Below are positions 57,430-64,000 of a stretch of DNA of 64,000 nucleotides, piece after piece. Below the pieces are notes generated by a model. The model was not told where the DNA came from. It worked only from the letters and a program-made list of their open reading frames with translations, and ran no database searches. The stretch spans positions 67,565-131,564 of the forward strand of contig NZ_JAJCYB010000104.1 in NCBI RefSeq assembly GCF_029263155.1. The letters run 5' to 3'. Position 1 is the first letter of the stretch; each line of letters starts with the position of its first letter. The DNA is from Pseudonocardia sp. (GTDB taxonomy: Bacteria; Actinomycetota; Actinomycetes; Mycobacteriales; Pseudonocardiaceae). A program made the position numbers and the translations under genes.

Positions 57430-57738
57430 ATGTACCAGCTCACCGCGCTCTACAACCACCCCGAGGACCCGGCCGCGTTCGACAAGCACTACACCGAGGT
57501 GCACGCGGAGATCGCCAAGAAGATCCCCGGCCTGCTCCGCTACACGACCAGCCACCCTGCCGCCGACGCCGAGGGCAACAAGCCGGCCTACTACCTGGTC
57601 GCGGTGCTCGACTTCGCCGACGAGGCCGCGTTCGGTGCCGGCATGAGCGGGGAGCACGGGCAGGCCGCGGTGGCCGACCTCCCCAACTTCGCCGGCGCCG
57701 GCGTCACCCTCCTGACCGGCCCGTCGAACGAGGCCTGA
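57430..57738 (+). CDS. EthD family protein
   Basis: YNHPEDPAAFDKHY-EVH, IPGL, DLPNF; GAAAGG RBS. Confidence 0.85.
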   Translation: MYQLTALYNHPEDPAAFDKHYTEVHAEIAKKIPGLLRYTTSHPAADAEGNKPAYYLVAVLDFADEAAFGAGMSGEHGQAAVADLPNFAGAGVTLLTGPSNEA

Positions 57739-57743
57739 ACCCG

Positions 57744-57821
57744 CGCCGTACGCCCGTCCCGATTGCAGGAAGGCCACCTTCACGCAACGAGATGGCGTGA
57801 CGGTGGCCTTCCTGCAACGGG
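57744..57821. repeat. 78-bp direct repeat, left copy, containing a REP-like palindrome
   Basis: TTGCAGGAAGGCCACC ... GGTGGCCTTCCTGCAA; 71/78 identical to 58824-58901 by manual comparison. Confidence 0.92.
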
Positions 57822-57870
57822 CCGTCCCGAATCGCCACGGGATCGGCCGGCAGTTGGTCATCATGCGCGC

Positions 57871-58842
57871 ATGCCCAGGGCCACACCCACGCTCGTCGAA
57901 CTCCGCTCAGCGTTCCCCGAGGGCGTCGCTTCTGTTCGCCAGCTCATGGCCGCCGGAGTACCGGAGCGCACGGTGTACCACCGCTGCCTGGAGGGTGGTC
58001 CCTGGCAGCGCGCACTCCCCGGGATCGTGTTCCTGTTCAGCGGGACCCCGACCCGTCTCCAGTACGTGATCGCCGCACTGCTCCTCGGCGGACCGGATTC
58101 CGTGGTCACCGGTGTCGAGGCCTGCCGCTTCCACGGCCTGCGGCGCGGCCCCGCCCGCCGGACCGGTCAGCCGGCCGAGGAGGTGCACCTGCTGGTCCCG
58201 CACAACCGGCAGGTTCGATCGGTCGGCTACGTCCACGTCGAGCGCACGACGAACCTGCCCAGGCCGGACCGGCGAGCGGGCCTGCGCATCGCGCCCGTGG
58301 CTCGGGCCTGCGCCGACGGTGCCCGCCGGCTGTCGCAACACGGGGAGATCACGGAGCTGATGTCAGACGCGGTACAGCGCCGCCTCTGCACGGTGCCCCA
58401 GCTGGCCCACGAGGTCGCGACGAACTCACGCCGGGGAACCGCGCTGCCCAACCGCGTGCTCCGGGACGTGTCCGACGGCGTGCGGTCGGCTGCCGAGTCC
58501 GCCGCGAAGAACCTGTGGGGGAAGGCCGGCATGCCGTCCGCCTGGTGGAACGCCCCGGTCCACACCGCCGACGGTCGGCTCGTCGGCATCGCCGACTGCT
58601 GGGTGGACGGCGTGGCGATGGTGTGGGAGATCGAGTCGACCGAGTGGCACCTCGACCCGGCCGCGCACGACTACACCGTGCAGCGGGCCGGTCTGTTCAC
58701 CTCGGTCGGCGCTCTCTACATCGCGTCGAAGCCCAAGATGGTCCTCACCGAGCCCCGGGAGGTTGCGGCCCTGCTGCGTGCGGTGCACGCGCAGGCCGCA
58801 GCCCGCCCGCGCCCGCCGCTGCACGCCGTACGCCCGTCCTGA
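57871..58842 (+). CDS. AbiEi-like N-terminal domain + DUF559/Vsr-like PD-(D/E)xK domain protein
   Basis: GVASVRQLMAAG, WQRALPG, VTGVEA, VHLLVP, VARACAD, VRSAAES, IADCW...WEIESTEWH. Confidence 0.7.
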   Translation: MPRATPTLVELRSAFPEGVASVRQLMAAGVPERTVYHRCLEGGPWQRALPGIVFLFSGTPTRLQYVIAALLLGGPDSVVTGVEACRFHGLRRGPARRTGQPAEEVHLLVPHNRQVRSVGYVHVERTTNLPRPDRRAGLRIAPVARACADGARRLSQHGEITELMSDAVQRRLCTVPQLAHEVATNSRRGTALPNRVLRDVSDGVRSAAESAAKNLWGKAGMPSAWWNAPVHTADGRLVGIADCWVDGVAMVWEIESTEWHLDPAAHDYTVQRAGLFTSVGALYIASKPKMVLTEPREVAALLRAVHAQAAARPRPPLHAVRPS

Positions 58843-58901
58843 TTGCAGGAAGGCCACCTACACGCACCGAGAGTGCGTCACGGTGCCCTTCCTGCAACGG
58901 G
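58824..58901. repeat. 78-bp direct repeat, right copy
   Basis: Overlaps the last codons and stop of the nuclease-like gene; offset exactly 1080 bp from the left copy. Confidence 0.92.
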
Positions 58902-58910
58902 TGGGGCGGG

Positions 58911-59957
58911 TCAGTTGCTGGACGGGACCCCGGCGTGGCTGCTGACCAGCGCGGCGAGGCGGTCGCCGATGCTGCGCGTGTGGCCCGTCGCGCTGTGGTC
59001 GCGGGTGGCCAGGTCGAAGGCCACTGCCGCCTCGATGCGCCGGGCCTCCTCGACGTTGCCGAGGTGGTCGAGCAGCAGCGCCACCGACAGCACCGCGGCC
59101 GTGGGGTCGGCGACCCCCTGCCCGGCGATGTCGGGAGCGCTGCCGTGCACCGGCTCGAACATCGAGGGGTTGCTGCGGCTGACGTCGAGGTTGCCGCTCG
59201 CGGCGAGACCGATGCCGCCGGTGACGGCGCCGGCGAGGTCGGTGAGGATGTCGCCGAACAGGTTGTCGGTGACGATCACGTCGAAGCGACTCGGATCCTG
59301 CACGAGATGGATCATCGTGGCGTCGATGTGCTGGTAGGCCACCGACACCTCGGGGTGCTCCAGGGACACCTCCTCCACCAGCCGCGACCACAGCCGACCG
59401 GAGAAGGTCAGCACGTTGGTCTTGTGCACCAGCGTGAGGTGCTGGCGCGGGCGGCGCTGCGCGCGCGCGAAGGCGTCGCGGACCACCCGCTCCACGCCGA
59501 ACGCGGTGTTGACGCTGACCTCGGTGGCGATCTCGTGGGGCGTGTCCTTGCGCAGCAGACCGCCGGTGCCGACGTAGGGCCCCTCCGTGCCCTCCCGGAC
59601 GACGACCAGGTCGACGTCGGGGTTGCCGGCCAGCGGGCCGCGGACGCCCGGGTAGAGCCGGGCCGGGCGCAGGTTGACGTGGTGGTCGAGCTCGAAGCGC
59701 AGGCGCAGCAGGAGGCCGCGTTCCAGGATGCCGCTGGGCACCGAGGGGTCGCCGACGGCGCCGAGCAGGATCGCGTCGTGCTGCTGCAGCTCGGTGAGCA
59801 CCGACTCGGGAAGCAGCTCACCCGTGGAGTGCCAGCGCGCGGCCCCGAGGTCGTAGGTCGTGGGCTCGACGCCGGGCGCGACCTCGTCGAGGACCTTGAG
59901 CGCCTCGTCGATGACCTCCGGCCCGATGCCGTCGCCCGGAATGACCGCAAGGCGCAT
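58911..59957 (-). CDS. leuB: 3-isopropylmalate dehydrogenase
   Basis: [43 protein letters not shown]. Confidence 0.96.
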   Translation of the reverse strand: MRLAVIPGDGIGPEVIDEALKVLDEVAPGVEPTTYDLGAARWHSTGELLPESVLTELQQHDAILLGAVGDPSVPSGILERGLLLRLRFELDHHVNLRPARLYPGVRGPLAGNPDVDLVVVREGTEGPYVGTGGLLRKDTPHEIATEVSVNTAFGVERVVRDAFARAQRRPRQHLTLVHKTNVLTFSGRLWSRLVEEVSLEHPEVSVAYQHIDATMIHLVQDPSRFDVIVTDNLFGDILTDLAGAVTGGIGLAASGNLDVSRSNPSMFEPVHGSAPDIAGQGVADPTAAVLSVALLLDHLGNVEEARRIEAAVAFDLATRDHSATGHTRSIGDRLAALVSSHAGVPSSN

Positions 59958-60191
59958 GTCTGGTGTCCTCTCTCGACGTAACGACGTCGCACGCTACCGG
60001 CCGCAGCCGGGCCGACCTGACGCCCGCCACCCGTTCGTGGTCACCCCGCTGGGTGGAACCGGCTCCCCGGACCGGCTCGGCGGGCCCGATCGGCCCGCGA
60101 CACGCCCCCGAGAGGGCCATTGTGCCCGGCGTGCTCCGGGGATCGCCGGGCGGGCGGTCCGCGGCGTCGGACGCGGGCCGTGCCGCCACCG

Positions 60192-61796
60192 TCAGTCGTC
60201 GAAGGAGATCAGGCGGGTGATCCGGGCCCCGACCGACGCCCCGATCGGCTCCAGCACGCCCGGGTCGACGGGCCGGTCGACGCGCAGCAGCATGATCGCG
60301 TCGGCGCCGTCGGTGGTCTGGCTGATCTGCGCCGCCTCGATGTTGACCGCCGCCTCGCCGAGCAGCGAGCCGACGCGGCCCATGACGCCGGGGCGGTCGG
60401 CGTACTCCAGCAGCACGACCTCGCCCTCGGCGCGCAGGTCGAAGTGCCTGCCGTTGACCTCGACCAGCTTCTCCACCTGCGCACGCCCGGTCAGCGTGCC
60501 GGACACGGTGATCGACTCCCCCTCGGGCATCGCCGCTCGCAGCTGTACGACGCTGCGGAAGTTCTCGCTCTCCGGGGCGGTGGTCAGCTCGACGTCGACC
60601 CCGCGCTCGGCGGCCAGTGCCGGGGTGTTGACGAAGGTGACCTGGTCCTCGACGACGTGGGTGAACAGTCCCCGCAGCGCCGCGAGCTGCAGCACCGAGA
60701 CGTCCTCGGCCGCCAGCTCACCGGAGACGTCGACGGTGACCGAGCTCGGCACCCGCCCGGCCACGGCGTAGAGCACGGTGCCCAGCTTCTGCACCAGCGG
60801 CAGCCACGGGCGCACCTCCTCGCCGACCGCGCCGCCCACCTGCACGTTCACTGCGTCCGGCACGAACTCACCGGCCAGGGCGAGCAGCACCGACCGGGCC
60901 ACGTCGGTGCCCGCCCGGTCCTGCGCCTCCTCGGTGGACGCCCCCAGGTGCGGGGTGACCACGATCTGCGGGATCTCGAACAGCGGGCTCGACGTGGTGG
61001 GCTCGGTGACGTAGACGTCCACGCCGGCCCCGCCGACGTGCCCGCTGCGCACCGCCTCGGCCAGCGCGTCCTCGTCGACCAGGCCACCACGGGCGGCGTT
61101 GACGACGATCACGCCGGGCCGGGTGACCGCGAGCTGGTCCTTGCCGATGAGCCCGAGCGTCTCCGGGGTCTTGGGCAGGTGGATGGAGATCAGCTCCGCG
61201 CGGCGCAGCAGCTCGTCGAGCGACACCAGCTCGATGCCCAGCTGTGCGGCGCGGGCCGGGGCGACGTAGGGGTCGTAGGCGATCAGCTCCACGCCGAACG
61301 CGGCGAGCCGCTGCGCCACCAGCTGACCGATCTTGCCCAGCCCGACGATGCCCGCGACCTTGCCGTTGATCTCGGTGCCGGTCAGTGAGCTGCGCGCCCA
61401 CTTGCCGGCGCGCAGCGACGCGTCGGCCGCCGGGATGTGGCGCGCCGCAGCGAGCAGCAGGGCGACGGCGTGCTCGGCGGCGCTGACGATGTTCGAGGTG
61501 GGCGCGTTGACCACCATCACGCCGCGCGCGGTGGCCGCCGGGACATCGACGTTGTCCAGCCCGACGCCGGCTCGCGCGACGACCATGAGCCGGGTGGCCG
61601 CGGCGAACACCTCGGCGTCGACCCGGGTGGCCGAGCGGACGAGCAGCGCGTCGACGTCGGCGACCGCGGCGAGCAGCGCGGTGCGGTCGGTGCCGTCCAC
61701 GTGCCGGATCTCGACGTCGTCGCCCAGCAACGCGACGGCGGACGGGGCGAGTTTCTCGGCGAGCAGGACGACGGGGCGGGTGGCGGCGGTGCTCAC
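60192..61796 (-). CDS. serA: D-3-phosphoglycerate dehydrogenase
   Basis: RAGVGLDNVD, GLGKIG, NAARGG, TPHLGAST, C-terminal ACT domain. Confidence 0.95.
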   Translation of the reverse strand: MSTAATRPVVLLAEKLAPSAVALLGDDVEIRHVDGTDRTALLAAVADVDALLVRSATRVDAEVFAAATRLMVVARAGVGLDNVDVPAATARGVMVVNAPTSNIVSAAEHAVALLLAAARHIPAADASLRAGKWARSSLTGTEINGKVAGIVGLGKIGQLVAQRLAAFGVELIAYDPYVAPARAAQLGIELVSLDELLRRAELISIHLPKTPETLGLIGKDQLAVTRPGVIVVNAARGGLVDEDALAEAVRSGHVGGAGVDVYVTEPTTSSPLFEIPQIVVTPHLGASTEEAQDRAGTDVARSVLLALAGEFVPDAVNVQVGGAVGEEVRPWLPLVQKLGTVLYAVAGRVPSSVTVDVSGELAAEDVSVLQLAALRGLFTHVVEDQVTFVNTPALAAERGVDVELTTAPESENFRSVVQLRAAMPEGESITVSGTLTGRAQVEKLVEVNGRHFDLRAEGEVVLLEYADRPGVMGRVGSLLGEAAVNIEAAQISQTTDGADAIMLLRVDRPVDPGVLEPIGASVGARITRLISFDD

Positions 61797-62034
61797 GGCG
61801 GAAGGGCTCCCGAGGACGAGGTCACGGACACCCCGATCGTAGGCCCGACCCGACCCGCGGCCACGGCCACGGCCACGTGGGCATCGCGACATGCCGTCGG
61901 TCCCGCCGGGCCGCGTGGGCACGACCGGCCCCCGCCGCGATCGACACCTCCGAGGGCGCCCGACGGTGCCGTGCGGATCGACGGTGGCCGGCTGCTCGAC
62001 GGGCACGACCGCAGCGGCGCGCGCGCAGGCCGAC

Positions 62035-62099
62035 CGCGCGAGCGGAACGCCATTGCTGGTCAAGCCCCATGAGAACAGCAACGGTGTTCCGCTCGCGCG
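62035..62099. repeat. REP-like long hairpin downstream of ilvC
   Basis: 24-bp arms CGCGCGAGCGGAACGCCATTGCTG / CAGCAACGGTGTTCCGCTCGCGCG with a 17-nt loop. Confidence 0.65.
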
Positions 62100-62129
62100 T
62101 CGAGCGCGCGTTCCGGTGGGCGGGAGGGC

Positions 62130-63167
<1,038 letters not shown>

Positions 63168-63677
63168 CTAGCGGACTGCGGCGGCGGTGATCGAGCGCGG
63201 CCCGCGGCCGACGGCGATCGTGCCGGACTGCACCATCTCGCGGATGCCGTAGGGCTCCAGGTTCTTCAGGAGCGCGGCGATCTTCTCCACCGTGCCGGTG
63301 GCCTCGATCGTGACGGCCTCCGGGGTGACGTCCACGGCGCGGGCGCGGAACAGGTCCACGATCTCCAGCACCTGGCTGCGGACGGCCGGATCGGCGCGGA
63401 CCTTGACCAGCAGCAGCTCGCGCTGCACGGACGCGGCCGGCTCCAGCTCCACGATCTTGATGACGTGCACCAGCTTGTTGAGCTGCTTGGTGACCTGCTC
63501 CAGCGGCAGGTCCTCGACGTCGACCACGATCGTCATGCGGGACACGCCCGCCTGCTCGGTGGGCCCGACGGCCAGCGACGAGATGTTGAACCCGCGCCGG
63601 GAGAACAGGCCCGAGACGCGGGCGAGGACACCGGGCGTGTCCTCGACGAGCACCGAGAGGGTGTGCCGCTCATTCAT
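63168..63677 (-). CDS. ilvN: Acetolactate synthase small subunit
   Basis: [26 protein letters not shown]. Confidence 0.96.
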   Translation of the reverse strand: MNERHTLSVLVEDTPGVLARVSGLFSRRGFNISSLAVGPTEQAGVSRMTIVVDVEDLPLEQVTKQLNKLVHVIKIVELEPAASVQRELLLVKVRADPAVRSQVLEIVDLFRARAVDVTPEAVTIEATGTVEKIAALLKNLEPYGIREMVQSGTIAVGRGPRSITAAAVR

Positions 63678-64000
63678 CGTCGCTCCCCTGCGCCTGATCC
63701 TTCTGGGCCTCTGCGGTGACCGCCGCGATCGTCGCCGTGTCGGTCACGAGCTCGTCGCCGTCGAACAGCGGCCGGATGTTGCGCGCGGCCATGATCTCGG
63801 AGTTGCCGGTGCCCGCGGCGACCATCGGCCACACCTGCGCGTCGGCACCGACCACGAAGTCGATGACGACCGGCTGGTCGTCGATCTCCATGGCCTGCTT
63901 GATCACCAGGTCGACCTCGTCACGTGTCTCGGCGCGCAGCCCGACGCAGCCCATCGCCTCGGCGAGCAGCTTGAAGTCCGGGATCCGCCGCCCGCCGCCC
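63670..64000 (-). CDS. ilvB: Acetolactate synthase large subunit, 3' end only
   Basis: [28 protein letters not shown]; lies upstream of ilvN and ilvC. Confidence 0.9.
   Translation of the reverse strand, partial: GGGRRIPDFKLLAEAMGCVGLRAETRDEVDLVIKQAMEIDDQPVVIDFVVGADAQVWPMVAAGTGNSEIMAARNIRPLFDGDELVTDTATIAAVTAEAQKDQAQGSDDE

Noticed and set aside
57744-58901. Classical IS element or complete type IV TA system
   Set aside because: No DDE or HUH transposase motifs, flanks are direct rather than terminal inverted repeats, and no AbiEii nucleotidyltransferase partner is present; kept as a separate finding instead.

Overview
Very GC-rich actinobacterial chromosome segment; gene content and repeats resemble Pseudonocardiaceae (taxonomy is inference). 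Left half (about 1-30 kb, continuing past the left edge): a Wzx/Wzy-type surface polysaccharide locus with a flippase, priming sugar transferase, GT2/GT4 enzymes, a Wzz-like protein and a Wzy/ligase-like protein. It carries an unusual tailoring set: two tandem, diverged Leu/Phe-tRNA-protein transferase homologues, two ATP-grasp ligases, a CelD/BcsL GNAT, three CE4 deacetylases, a methyltransferase, three exported paralogues of an unassigned domain, and a two-component system. Right half: conserved core genes (cystathionine gamma-lyase, gpsA, plsC, cofC, ppk1, mutT1, hup, leuCD, IclR regulator, tRNA-Glu/Gln, gltX, cimA, leuB, serA, ilvCNB) with accessory insertions. These include an AbiEi/DUF559-like nuclease gene bracketed by 78-bp palindromic direct repeats, a 10 x 22-bp array read in frame inside the cystathionine lyase, a decayed vapBC pair, dispersed REP-like hairpins, and an Ile-sensing attenuator upstream of cimA. 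Start codons were chosen by eye and no database searches were run.
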